This document shows, piece by piece, positions 18,348 to 27,456 of a stretch of 64,000 nt of DNA. The stretch lies in IMG/VR virus record IMGVR_UViG_3300037010_001838; one strand, 5' to 3'. This stretch comes from a virus. Taxonomy: Duplodnaviria; Caudoviricetes. Position 1 is the first letter of the stretch, and each line of letters starts with the position of its first letter. A program made the position numbers and the translations under genes. The notes under the pieces are model-generated. The model had not been told where the DNA came from. It did not search any database and saw only the letters and a program-made list of their open reading frames with translations.

Positions 18348-19292
18348 TTATTCTGCTTTTGTTTTACGACGAGCGCGCAAACGTGCTAGAATAGCTTCTG
18401 GATCTTCTTCAGAATCACCATCAGAACTGCTTACTGGTTCTTCTTTTGTTTGAACTGGTTCTGGAGTCTTTGCTTTCGTTGACTTTGACGCAGCTTCTTT
18501 TACAGAGCCAACTTTTTCAGTAGGAACGTCATCTTCGTCACTAGAGTCGTATCTATCACTATCCGAACTATCACCAATGTTATATTCCTCGCCTGTCATT
18601 GCAGCCTTTAACATAGCCTCAACTTTATCAACACCTGGGTGTTTTGGAAGAAGAGTTGAAAGATCGATGATAGACGACGACACATGTTCAACTGTGTCTT
18701 CATCCAAATCGCTTGGATTTTTTGCAAACGAACTGCGCGAATAATCAGCATAATCACCAGACTGGCGTTTCTTAATTATAAAGTTTGTTCCATTTTCGTA
18801 TAGATAAGGAGGATATTCAAGATCACCACTTTCAAACGCATCCTTAATAGATTCATAAAGTTTGTTACCAAGAGCCAGATAACGAACCTTCCCTTCGTGT
18901 GTTTCTCCGGTATCTTTATCGACCGGAAGTGGATCACTAATTATGAGAGCCTGAGCGAGATACTGTTTCTTGCGATAGTATTTCTTTCCATTATCTTTAT
19001 CGTCCTTCTTATAAAATGCTGCAGAAACCTTACAAATCGGACAATCTTCTCCATACATTTTTAAACATGGGACGGATTTCTTTTCTCCATTAATTTCTAA
19101 TGAATGCATCATTTTTTCAACTAAAAATCCTCTTGGATTGTCTTCATTCTTATCTGGGAGAATACGAACTGTTGATTGTTCACCAATTTCCATATTCCAG
19201 AATGGGTAATAATTATTTTGACCACTACCACCTTCGTTTGTATCTGCTTTTTTGAATTGTGCCCGTAGGGCCTCCATTGAGAGTTGAGCCAT
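18348..19292 (-). CDS. gp32: Single-stranded DNA-binding protein (T4 gp32-like)
   Basis: VRILPDKN, CLKMYGEDCPICK Zn site, GTNFIIKK....YADYSRSSF, acidic tail; start moved to ATG 19292 (AAGGAG RBS). Confidence 0.9.
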   Translation of the reverse strand: MAQLSMEALRAQFKKADTNEGGSGQNNYYPFWNMEIGEQSTVRILPDKNEDNPRGFLVEKMMHSLEINGEKKSVPCLKMYGEDCPICKVSAAFYKKDDKDNGKKYYRKKQYLAQALIISDPLPVDKDTGETHEGKVRYLALGNKLYESIKDAFESGDLEYPPYLYENGTNFIIKKRQSGDYADYSRSSFAKNPSDLDEDTVEHVSSSIIDLSTLLPKHPGVDKVEAMLKAAMTGEEYNIGDSSDSDRYDSSDEDDVPTEKVGSVKEAASKSTKAKTPEPVQTKEEPVSSSDGDSEEDPEAILARLRARRKTKAE

Positions 19293-19368
19293 TGTTGTTC
19301 TCCTTTTCGCTTTTCTCGTTATATCTACATTTAAGTAGTTTTTCTTCTTTTTAGTTTTCACTTCTAAT

Positions 19369-19397
19369 ATAATACAAATTATTTTAATTCACATCAA
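19369..19397 (-). promoter_or_regulatory. sigma70-type promoter for gp32
   Basis: TTGATG-N17-TATTAT. Confidence 0.6.
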
Positions 19398-19472
19398 GGG
19401 TTGTGATAAAATATATTTCAATATCTTATCACATGAGTATTTATGATGTGACCCTCAACAGACACCAATAAA

Positions 19473-20123
19473 TTAATGTCTTTTTTCCCAAACCACTTCA
19501 AAGTCTGGACATTCTAAAAACATTTGTGGGTCCAAATTTCCGTCTGCTGAAATCATTGCTTCAAAGTTTGCAAAGTTTGTTAAATAATCTGGGTCACCTT
19601 TCAAAGCATCACGAACCAACTCCACACAAGAAAGAGCGTTGTCATCTGCAAGATTGAATAAAGTATCATAAGGACGTCCTAGATATGTTTTCGATGCGTC
19701 TAAAACTGCTGTCCAGTCTGATAAAGGCATATATTTAGGTTTTAATAATGCAACTGAACTAGTCTGATTATCAAATACAGCACTAAATCCTGAATAATGA
19801 ACACCAGTTCCCGTAGCTTCGATAAACCTATAACTATCATCCGATTCTACTGTATCTTCAAGGTTCATGAATACATGACCGTAATACCCTCTTTTTCCAG
19901 TTAACACACAATGAGCAATTTCTATGGCGTAAGTGGACAAATGTCCATTGTGTCTTGAAGCGATTATGTAATAGTTATCTACTAACAATTTTCGAATTTC
20001 GTCAAATTCTTCTGGAGTTAACGTTTTTTTAGTAACCCAATTAATTTTTCCAATTGTAGCCGAAATGAAATTTTTTATATTATTACACGTCGTTGTTAAC
20101 ACACCTTTTGCTTTTGTCCACAT
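19473..20123 (-). CDS. Permuted papain-like NlpC/P60 amidase (YiiX/YebB-like)
   Basis: His before Cys: YGHV...FIEATGTGV...YLGRPYD.LF......LSCVELV. Confidence 0.8.
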   Translation of the reverse strand: MWTKAKGVLTTTCNNIKNFISATIGKINWVTKKTLTPEEFDEIRKLLVDNYYIIASRHNGHLSTYAIEIAHCVLTGKRGYYGHVFMNLEDTVESDDSYRFIEATGTGVHYSGFSAVFDNQTSSVALLKPKYMPLSDWTAVLDASKTYLGRPYDTLFNLADDNALSCVELVRDALKGDPDYLTNFANFEAMISADGNLDPQMFLECPDFEVVWEKRH

Positions 20124-20138
20124 TACGTTCTCCTTATA

Positions 20139-20600
20139 TTATGCCATCGGAACTTCTTCTGGTTGAATTGGAGCAGTTAAAATAGTATTTGCTCTACCCG
20201 GTCCAATTAATCCATACGTTTCAAGAGCCTGAACTCCAGCAATCGTGTCTGGACGTGCAAGATTTATATTTGACGCAGTTGATATATCTGTAGCCATTAC
20301 CCGAAGGGCTGCAGATAATTGTCTTGTTGCTGCTGGCGCTGTGGGGTTGTCTATTGACGCTAAATCAATTGTAACTTTTTCTGTTTGTGTGAAACGATTT
20401 CTAAATGCTAGCTTTGTGATTATTGTGTTATTTACTGTAACATCTGGGTTAGCACCAATCCATGCATCTAGTGTTGCTTGATCGGGAATTGGAGAACCTG
20501 CATCCCAAACGAGATCAGAATACACAGAACCATCACCAAGTGCGTGACACTGAACTGCTGGGAAACCGATTCCAATTGCTTGTATGTACGTCATTGCCAT
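20139..20600 (-). CDS. Fibre-associated hypothetical protein (XkdW-like N-terminus)
   Basis: YIQAI..GFP...W N-domain plus ITKLAFRNRFT..EK...GRA..IL C-domain, a pattern typically found next to fibre genes (recollection). Confidence 0.55.
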   Translation of the reverse strand: MAMTYIQAIGIGFPAVQCHALGDGSVYSDLVWDAGSPIPDQATLDAWIGANPDVTVNNTIITKLAFRNRFTQTEKVTIDLASIDNPTAPAATRQLSAALRVMATDISTASNINLARPDTIAGVQALETYGLIGPGRANTILTAPIQPEEVPMA

Positions 20601-20656
20601 TTTTTATCTCCTAATTTTGTGTATTTATGGGTAAATGTTAATTTATTGTTTAAATT

Positions 20657-21460
20657 TTACTTAAATTCAATAATTATATAATTGCTGTCTCCACTTCCTC
20701 CTAGACTTGCAGTTGAACCTCTATTAACGTAAGATGTCCCTGAACCATTGGCTCCAAGTCTTGCGGAATAAGTAACTGTTGAAACTGAACCAGGGTTGTC
20801 TGTTCTTGATATTGTTGTATTAATTGGTCTTCCTGCAGTTCCAACGTTAGCAGAGGTAGCTCCAATTAACGTGGTATTACGAAATACAGTAGTTGTTATT
20901 GTTCTATTGGACGTTGAATTATCCAACATTAAACTAAACAATATCATCACGGTAGAATCAGGGAGAAGTGGCGTAAATGGTTGACTCCAAATTTGAAAAC
21001 CTCCAGAAGAACTTGGAGTTGTATTATCATAAGGAATTTGTGCTGTTCCTGTTTGATTAGGAATATTTCCTGTAATTAACTGGACAACCTGACCGAAAGG
21101 AATCCATTGTGTTGTATATCGTTCATAATTTCCTAAATCTGTATTTCCTCTAATCATTCCGAATGTAGGAGATGCTGGACGTTGTGCAGTTGTTCCCACA
21201 GGAACAGTAATTGAACCTGTTCCTGAAAACACTTGATTTGGACCAACACCGCCAATTAATATCCAACTTGTGCCTGTATCTTGATACATTGCTGCTGCAT
21301 CTGTTGCAATGTAAATATTCCCTGTATTGCCAAATGAAGGACGAGCTGATAAAAGTCCAGAAGACATTTGAGGATTCCCACCACCATTTAATAATACAAG
21401 TTTTCCGTTAACGTCTGGTGTATTTGAAAAACTATATGAACCTAAAACTGGAGTTGACAT
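20657..21460 (-). CDS. Short fibre / virion decoration protein
   Basis: PVGTTAQRPASPTFGMIR.NT fibre motif plus beta-sandwich C-terminus. Confidence 0.7.
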   Translation of the reverse strand: MSTPVLGSYSFSNTPDVNGKLVLLNGGGNPQMSSGLLSARPSFGNTGNIYIATDAAAMYQDTGTSWILIGGVGPNQVFSGTGSITVPVGTTAQRPASPTFGMIRGNTDLGNYERYTTQWIPFGQVVQLITGNIPNQTGTAQIPYDNTTPSSSGGFQIWSQPFTPLLPDSTVMILFSLMLDNSTSNRTITTTVFRNTTLIGATSANVGTAGRPINTTISRTDNPGSVSTVTYSARLGANGSGTSYVNRGSTASLGGSGDSNYIIIEFK

Positions 21461-21482
21461 TTAAAATTCCTTTTAACAAATG

Positions 21483-21490
21483 TATTTATA
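21483..21490 (-). promoter_or_regulatory. T4-type late promoter TATAAATA
   Basis: Exact match upstream of 21460. Confidence 0.75.
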
Positions 21491-21492
21491 TT

Positions 21493-22560
21493 TTATCCAA
21501 GTAAAAATCTTGTATCACACTGAGCATAATCTTGAACATACGTTGAAGACACATATCCTGTTCCTGTAGTTGTAAGTGACATAACGTTCCCATTTCCACT
21601 ATAATCAACACATGAAGTTACAATTGCGTCAACTGGATTTTCATTAAAATCGTATCTTCCAACTAATCCGTATGTTATTCCATCACTCATTCCTTCAGTA
21701 GTATAAATTGTTTGAATTTCTTCAGAAGACAACAAACGATTAAAATAATAAACATCATCAACTTTAGTATTATTTGATTCAGCACCTGTAGAACCAGGTA
21801 TTACAGGGTATCCATTTACATAAATCATCGTAGGCGATCCTGCTATCTGAATCGCATTTGAAGCAGTGTTGTTGAGAAGTCCATTGATATAAATACTATG
21901 AATTTGAGTCCCGGCTGTTCCTACTCCATTTGATGAAACTGTGCAACTGTATGCATAATGAACCCATGTATCGATGGGAGAAATATATCTTCCATTTATT
22001 GTACCAGAAGCTGCAGTTTGGGCAGGTTGAACTACATATGTTCCTGTTCCTCCTGAACCAGTCAATTGTGCAACAATCTGAGTTCCATTTTGAATATTAG
22101 TTCCGGATATCCCCTTCCCCACAACAACTGTTCCAGATGTTACACCAGTCACTGTTAAAGTATTACCAGAAATGGAACCAGTAACAACAAAAGTAGGAGA
22201 AATTGTCCCTGTCAATCCAACACCATTTGAAGTTACTAAGTTTGCTCCTCCCCATGTCCAACATGTTAACGTTCCTGGAGCAGTTGAACCTGTGCCACCT
22301 TGATTCATGCCCATCTGCATACCAGTTGTAGTTGTTCCATTTTGTTGTTGATTGGAACCATTGTATACTCCAACCATACTTGATGCTGTACCACCACCTC
22401 CACTTGTTGCGGCAATAGAAGCCGTATTCATCCAAAACATCATGGTATATGCTCCCGTTGTATCAACAGGAATATTAGGAACTCCGGTGGTTTTTAAAGG
22501 ATATGCAGATAAAAATGAAGCGTTTCCTGAGGATGTTGCTCTATAATTTTGAAGTGCCAT
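21493..22560 (-). CDS. LamG/ConA-like lectin domain virion protein with inserted module
   Basis: YTMMFWMN, WVHYAYS, IYING, VDDVYYFNRLLSSEEIQTIY, LVGRYDFNE, DYSGNGN. Confidence 0.85.
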   Translation of the reverse strand: MALQNYRATSSGNASFLSAYPLKTTGVPNIPVDTTGAYTMMFWMNTASIAATSGGGGTASSMVGVYNGSNQQQNGTTTTGMQMGMNQGGTGSTAPGTLTCWTWGGANLVTSNGVGLTGTISPTFVVTGSISGNTLTVTGVTSGTVVVGKGISGTNIQNGTQIVAQLTGSGGTGTYVVQPAQTAASGTINGRYISPIDTWVHYAYSCTVSSNGVGTAGTQIHSIYINGLLNNTASNAIQIAGSPTMIYVNGYPVIPGSTGAESNNTKVDDVYYFNRLLSSEEIQTIYTTEGMSDGITYGLVGRYDFNENPVDAIVTSCVDYSGNGNVMSLTTTGTGYVSSTYVQDYAQCDTRFLLG

Positions 22561-22571
22561 ATTTTATCCTA

Positions 22572-23660
22572 TTAAGTAAACGCTAAACTAATTTCAGATA
22601 ATAACCAATTACTTGCAAGATTTCCTGAAACACTATTGTTTCTTGTAAACTCAAATTGATAAAGAGTTCCAGGTGTAAGCGATAAAGACGCTAGTGTTAC
22701 CGTTTGCGAATAATACTGAAAATAGTTGTTTGTTGGAACAGATAACACTCCAAGCGTAGAGATTAAATTCCAGGAACTAATAGGTCCATTATTTGGAAGA
22801 CTTCTAACATAAAGTTTGGGTTGTATGGATGCCGTTGTTCCTGGAGCGGTTTGTGCCCTCCCCTTATAATAAAACGTTAAATTTGTTGCGCCTAATGGAA
22901 TTGATACATAACACCCAACTCCCTGTTCAACAGTATTTGAAAATTGGCGAACATTTAAACCAATATTATTCGGATCGGTTACAGTAGGAGCAAGAGCATT
23001 AACAGCCCAATCTGCATTATTTGGTGAATCTAAACTAGCTGGGAAATACGTAAATGTTCTGAGAGGTGGAATAATTGAAGTTAATCCAGTAATATCTGAA
23101 GGAACAAGAGTAACTGCACCCGTTTTCCCCGCAACAGATGTTACGGCTCCAGAACCAACGACAGTTAAACCATTTGCAACGATAACGATTCTGATCTGTC
23201 TTGTATTTCCTGCAACCTTAACAGTTACTGTATTTGTAGAAGTCAACACAACACTATCCGCCTGAATTAAAGTGTTTGTGGAATTATCGAACAAAGAAAC
23301 AACAACGTTTTGTGTTCCAAGATTATGAGTTACATCTGCAGAATATATGTTTCCCGAAACGAGTGTCCATGATGAAATTACAGTAGAATAAGAGCTTGGA
23401 GTAGTGGCATTATTAACCCACACGCTTCCATTGTAATACAAGACCTGTCCAGTTGTGGGTGATGTTAGATTAACATCTGTTAATCCAGATAATGCTTCTG
23501 GTGGTCCAACTTGAACAACAGAATCGGTTCCATTGTTCTTTTTAATATACATCTTACCATCATACGTATTAATGGCAATTTCACCCAACTGCAAATCAGT
23601 AGTAGATGGAACCTTCGCTGCAACTGCTGATCTTTTAATTAAAATTGTATTTGTAGCCAT
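22572..23660 (-). CDS. Fibre protein with Mtd_N-like N-terminal domain
   Basis: TILIKRSAVAAKVP...LQLGEIAINTYDGKMY; LSGLTDV..TSPTTGQVL.YNGS.W; VTSVAGKTGAVTL; beta-sandwich head. Confidence 0.75.
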   Translation of the reverse strand: MATNTILIKRSAVAAKVPSTTDLQLGEIAINTYDGKMYIKKNNGTDSVVQVGPPEALSGLTDVNLTSPTTGQVLYYNGSVWVNNATTPSSYSTVISSWTLVSGNIYSADVTHNLGTQNVVVSLFDNSTNTLIQADSVVLTSTNTVTVKVAGNTRQIRIVIVANGLTVVGSGAVTSVAGKTGAVTLVPSDITGLTSIIPPLRTFTYFPASLDSPNNADWAVNALAPTVTDPNNIGLNVRQFSNTVEQGVGCYVSIPLGATNLTFYYKGRAQTAPGTTASIQPKLYVRSLPNNGPISSWNLISTLGVLSVPTNNYFQYYSQTVTLASLSLTPGTLYQFEFTRNNSVSGNLASNWLLSEISLAFT

Positions 23661-23780
23661 ATGGCCCTCCTATATAGGGAAATACCTTGTATATACAAGG
23701 TTTTATTACTTAATATACCTTTTATGATCATACGGTTTATGTCTTCTATGAATACTTCTCCATAAAAGAAGTATTCATAG
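23656..23780. repeat. Cluster of five palindromes/inverted repeats
   Basis: GCCATATGGC 23656-65, CCTATATAGG 23669-78, CCTTGTATATACAAGG 23685-700, TATGATCATA 23723-32, 14-bp arms 23746-59/23767-80. Confidence 0.9.
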
Positions 23781-23791
23781 TATTAAAATGT

Positions 23792-26700
23792 CTAAAAAGT
23801 TCCTCCGTCAATAACCTGTCCAACGATCATTGCATCTGTAATTCCATAACCAACAGTAGTTGTTGGAGTTGTGGTAACTTGTGAGAATGGAACTGTAAGA
23901 TTCACTGCAGTTCCAATTGAAGTTATTAAACCTTTAGCATTAACTGTAATTGGATAGTGTTTTGAACCATCTGTGTTATACGTTCCAGCAACAACACCAC
24001 TATTTGCAAGTGTTAACGGAATGCTTGTTGTTCCAGAACCAGTCGCATCACCTGTACAAGTAATTGTTTGATTTCCAGTTAAATATGCAGTTGTGGACGC
24101 AGCAGTTACCTGACCTTGGGCGTTCACACTAAATGTATTATACCCAGAACCTGCAGTAACTGCAGTGTTTGTAATACTAAATGTGTTTCCAGTTAACGTT
24201 AAACCTGTTCCAGCAGTATATGTATTAGCTCCAGTAAACTGTGAGAACGTAAGGTTTGTTGTTCCTACTATAATTGGGCCAGAAACTGACTCTGTCCAAC
24301 CAGTACTATTTAAAGTTGTTCCTTGATCGACATAAACTGCCATACCAGCAACTTGAGCAGAAGTTGTTGCATCTGTAGCACGACCCCAAGCACCAGCAGC
24401 AACAACGTAGATACCATTTTGGGAGGCTGTTGTTTGATTCTTAACGAGAACGCGGTCTCCAGCTATAACTGCAACACCATCAATTGTTTGTGTTCCAGAA
24501 AGGGTAATATTTGCTGTAGTTGCAACCTTAACAGATTCTTTCCAAGATAAGCCGGCAACTGCATTATCAACGTATTGTTTTGTGGCAGCTCCAAGAGCAA
24601 CTGTTGGATCTCCAGAAAGAACCAATAAACCAGTCATTGTGTCTCCAGCCTTGTTGACTGGAGAGAAACCCAAAGCTGTTGTTACGTCTGTTGAAGTCAA
24701 TGTTACTACACCAGTTCTTGTATTAAATGAAAGCACACCAGTGTTACCAAATGTTATGTTTCCTGTTGCACTTGAAACACTAATTCCCGAACCTGCAACA
24801 GCTGACAACACACCAGTGTTTGAAATTGTTACTGTTCCAGTTGCACTAGACACTCCAATACCGGAACCTGCAACGTTTGATGTTACACCAGTATTTGTTA
24901 TTGTTAATGTCCCTGTTCCGTTTGTTACACTAACACCGGAACCTGCTGAAACTGTTTTATATTCAAGTCCAGTAGCTCCAGAGTTAACTCCAAGAATTTG
25001 GTAAGCAGAACCAATTGAGGATAAACCAGTTCCACCATAACCAGTAGCAACTGTTGAACCATTCCAGGTACCAGAAGTGATTGTTCCAACTGTTACGATT
25101 GAACTACTACCTGCAACAGGAGCACGAGAAGTGTCTGTTGGGTGAATGTGGTCTTGACGTGAATATAAATAAGAAGTTCCAACTGCAACTGTCCCATCCA
25201 TAATTGGATTTGATGTGCCTGCTTGACCAAGGACAAATGCTGTTGTGGCAATTTGTGTTGTATTAGTATTTGAAGGCGCAGTGGGGGCAGTAGGAGTTCC
25301 CGTAAAAGACGGAGAAGCAAGTAACGCATAAGACGCTGCTGGTGTTCCACCTAAACTTGTTGCATTTGCAGCAGTCCCAGTAATGCTAATTCCCCAAGTG
25401 CCAGAAGCTCCTGTACCAGTTAATGTAGGAGCATATACAGAGTTTATGTCTGTAATACCATATCCCGCAACCGTTGTTGGTTTGCTTGTAATTGAACTAA
25501 AGGATGGAGTAATTGTGACTGCAGCACCAGTTGCTGTTACACGTCCTTTTGCATCAACCGTAAATGGTGTAACTGCTGTTGCACTATTATTATACGTGCC
25601 TGCTGTAACTCCAGAGTTTGCAAGAGTTAACGTAATAGCAGTTGTACCTGAACCTGTGGCATCCCCTGAACACGTAATCGTTTGATTTCCAGTTAAATAT
25701 GCTGTCGTAGAAGCTAGTGTGACCTGACCCTGGGCATTAACACTGAAAGTATTGTAACCGGAACCGGCTGTTACTGTAGTGTTTGTAATACTAAAAGCGT
25801 TTCCAGTTAATGTTAAACCTGTTCCGGCAGTATATGTTCCAGCACCTGTAAATTGTGAAAACACAATATTTGTAGTTCCAACTACAATTGCACCTGACGT
25901 TGTTTGTGTCCAACCCGTATTTGCTTGAGTTGTTCCTTGGTCAACGTATACTGTCAACCCTTGGAATTCAGCATTTGCATCTGCATCTATTGAACGTGTC
26001 CAAGTACCTGTCCCAGCAACATAAATACCATTTTGAGTTGCATTTGTTTGATTTTTAACAAGAACGCGTTCACCATCAACTGTTGTGTGGCCATCAATAG
26101 ATTGGAGACCCGAAAGGGTAATATTTGCTGTAGTTGCACACGTAACGGCTTCTTTCCAAGACAAACCAGCAATAGCATTATCAACATATTGTTTTGTTGC
26201 AGCACCAAGAGCCACAGAAGGATCTCCAGAAAGAATCAACAAACCAGTCATTGTGTCTCCAGCCTTGTTGACTGGTGTATATCCTAACGCTGTTGTAATA
26301 TCACTAGAACCAACTGCTGTGGTTCCAGTAACTAAACCTTTGGAACTTCTTGTAAATTTTAAGAATGTTCCCGAACCACCATCAACAATAGTTGCAAGTG
26401 TTGTTGTAATTGCTGTTGTACCCGAACCAGAGACGTCTCCAGATAATGTAATTGTTTCGTTTCCAGAAAGAGGAGTATACCCAAGAGCTGTACTAATATC
26501 AGACGATAATAATGTTATGGCACCTGTTCTCCCAAATACTGAAGTGACTGGGAATGTAATTGCAACTGAAGAGGCTGCTGTAACTAAACCTTTTCCGTTT
26601 ACTGTAAATGCTCCAACATGAGTACTATCTCCAAAAGAACCTGTATTTGAATTAACTGTTGCTAACGTAAGAGTAACAGCGTCACCACTTACTGAACCGG

Positions 26701-26878
26701 ATACGTCACCAGAGTAAGTATATGCTCCAACCTGAATAATACTATCAACACCGTTGTTGATGTGCATATACATTTTGCCGTCATACGTATTTAATCCAAC
26801 TTCACCAATCGCGATATCGGATGTTGTTGGAACTTTACCTTGTGTTGCTGTTCTTTTTAAGAGAATTTGATTTGACAT
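23792..26878 (-). CDS. Long Thr/Gly-rich fibre protein with ~230-aa internal duplication
   Basis: Mtd_N-like start (QILLKRTATQGKVP...GEVGLNTYDGKMY); two AATKQYVD..WKE.V..ATTANITLSG...RVLVKNQT...QNGIY modules 1614 bp apart; ends IDGGTF. Confidence 0.85.
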   Translation of the reverse strand: MSNQILLKRTATQGKVPTTSDIAIGEVGLNTYDGKMYMHINNGVDSIIQVGAYTYSGDVSGSVSGDAVTLTLATVNSNTGSFGDSTHVGAFTVNGKGLVTAASSVAITFPVTSVFGRTGAITLLSSDISTALGYTPLSGNETITLSGDVSGSGTTAITTTLATIVDGGSGTFLKFTRSSKGLVTGTTAVGSSDITTALGYTPVNKAGDTMTGLLILSGDPSVALGAATKQYVDNAIAGLSWKEAVTCATTANITLSGLQSIDGHTTVDGERVLVKNQTNATQNGIYVAGTGTWTRSIDADANAEFQGLTVYVDQGTTQANTGWTQTTSGAIVVGTTNIVFSQFTGAGTYTAGTGLTLTGNAFSITNTTVTAGSGYNTFSVNAQGQVTLASTTAYLTGNQTITCSGDATGSGTTAITLTLANSGVTAGTYNNSATAVTPFTVDAKGRVTATGAAVTITPSFSSITSKPTTVAGYGITDINSVYAPTLTGTGASGTWGISITGTAANATSLGGTPAASYALLASPSFTGTPTAPTAPSNTNTTQIATTAFVLGQAGTSNPIMDGTVAVGTSYLYSRQDHIHPTDTSRAPVAGSSSIVTVGTITSGTWNGSTVATGYGGTGLSSIGSAYQILGVNSGATGLEYKTVSAGSGVSVTNGTGTLTITNTGVTSNVAGSGIGVSSATGTVTISNTGVLSAVAGSGISVSSATGNITFGNTGVLSFNTRTGVVTLTSTDVTTALGFSPVNKAGDTMTGLLVLSGDPTVALGAATKQYVDNAVAGLSWKESVKVATTANITLSGTQTIDGVAVIAGDRVLVKNQTTASQNGIYVVAAGAWGRATDATTSAQVAGMAVYVDQGTTLNSTGWTESVSGPIIVGTTNLTFSQFTGANTYTAGTGLTLTGNTFSITNTAVTAGSGYNTFSVNAQGQVTAASTTAYLTGNQTITCTGDATGSGTTSIPLTLANSGVVAGTYNTDGSKHYPITVNAKGLITSIGTAVNLTVPFSQVTTTPTTTVGYGITDAMIVGQVIDGGTF

Positions 26879-26899
26879 ATATTTTTCCTGTTGTTATGA

Positions 26900-27451
26900 T
26901 CAAAATGTTCCTGCATCTAATGATATTTCTAAATCTTGTGCTGATGTTACTCTTCCAGTACTGTCTACGGTAAACTGTCCAACTGAACTTACAGTTCCAT
27001 AAATTCCTGGAGTTACTCCGTTGTCCTTTAACGTTGTATTTATACTAACATTAGTAGAACCATCAAATGATGTGTTACCTATTACATCATTAGTAAGTGA
27101 AATATTGACAGGAGTTGCAAGCTTTACAGCTTCTGCAACTGATCCAGTTGAAATTGCATTATTAATCTGTGTAGATGACCACAGAATATTGGTTCCAGTA
27201 GATGAATCGTCTACAACTGTCTCGTTTGACGATATGTCTGTAACAACAGGGCAAACAAACGTAGATAGTAAATTTTCGAATGCTGTTTGTTGTTCTGTAT
27301 CTAATGTGGTTTCAAAATAAAATTGAAGTTGTGGAGAACCATCATCCACAATCTGTTCGAGTAATATACCAATTGTTGGTGTATTATTGATTGCATCAAG
27401 TAATGCCCCAACGCACGTTGTATAATATGTTGGACTATATATTGTTGACAT
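26900..27451 (-). CDS. Fibre-associated protein ending in LDAGTF
   Basis: LATPVNISLTNDVIG.TSFDGS.NVSI.TTL..GVT.G.Y fibre motif. Confidence 0.7.
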   Translation of the reverse strand: MSTIYSPTYYTTCVGALLDAINNTPTIGILLEQIVDDGSPQLQFYFETTLDTEQQTAFENLLSTFVCPVVTDISSNETVVDDSSTGTNILWSSTQINNAISTGSVAEAVKLATPVNISLTNDVIGNTSFDGSTNVSINTTLKDNGVTPGIYGTVSSVGQFTVDSTGRVTSAQDLEISLDAGTF

Positions 27452-27456
27452 TTAAT

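Noticed and set aside
23792-26878. Fibre repeats and Mtd_N-like domains suggesting a diversity-generating retroelement
   Set aside because: No reverse transcriptase in the window; the repeats are in-frame coding duplications, either identical or differing without adenine-specific bias
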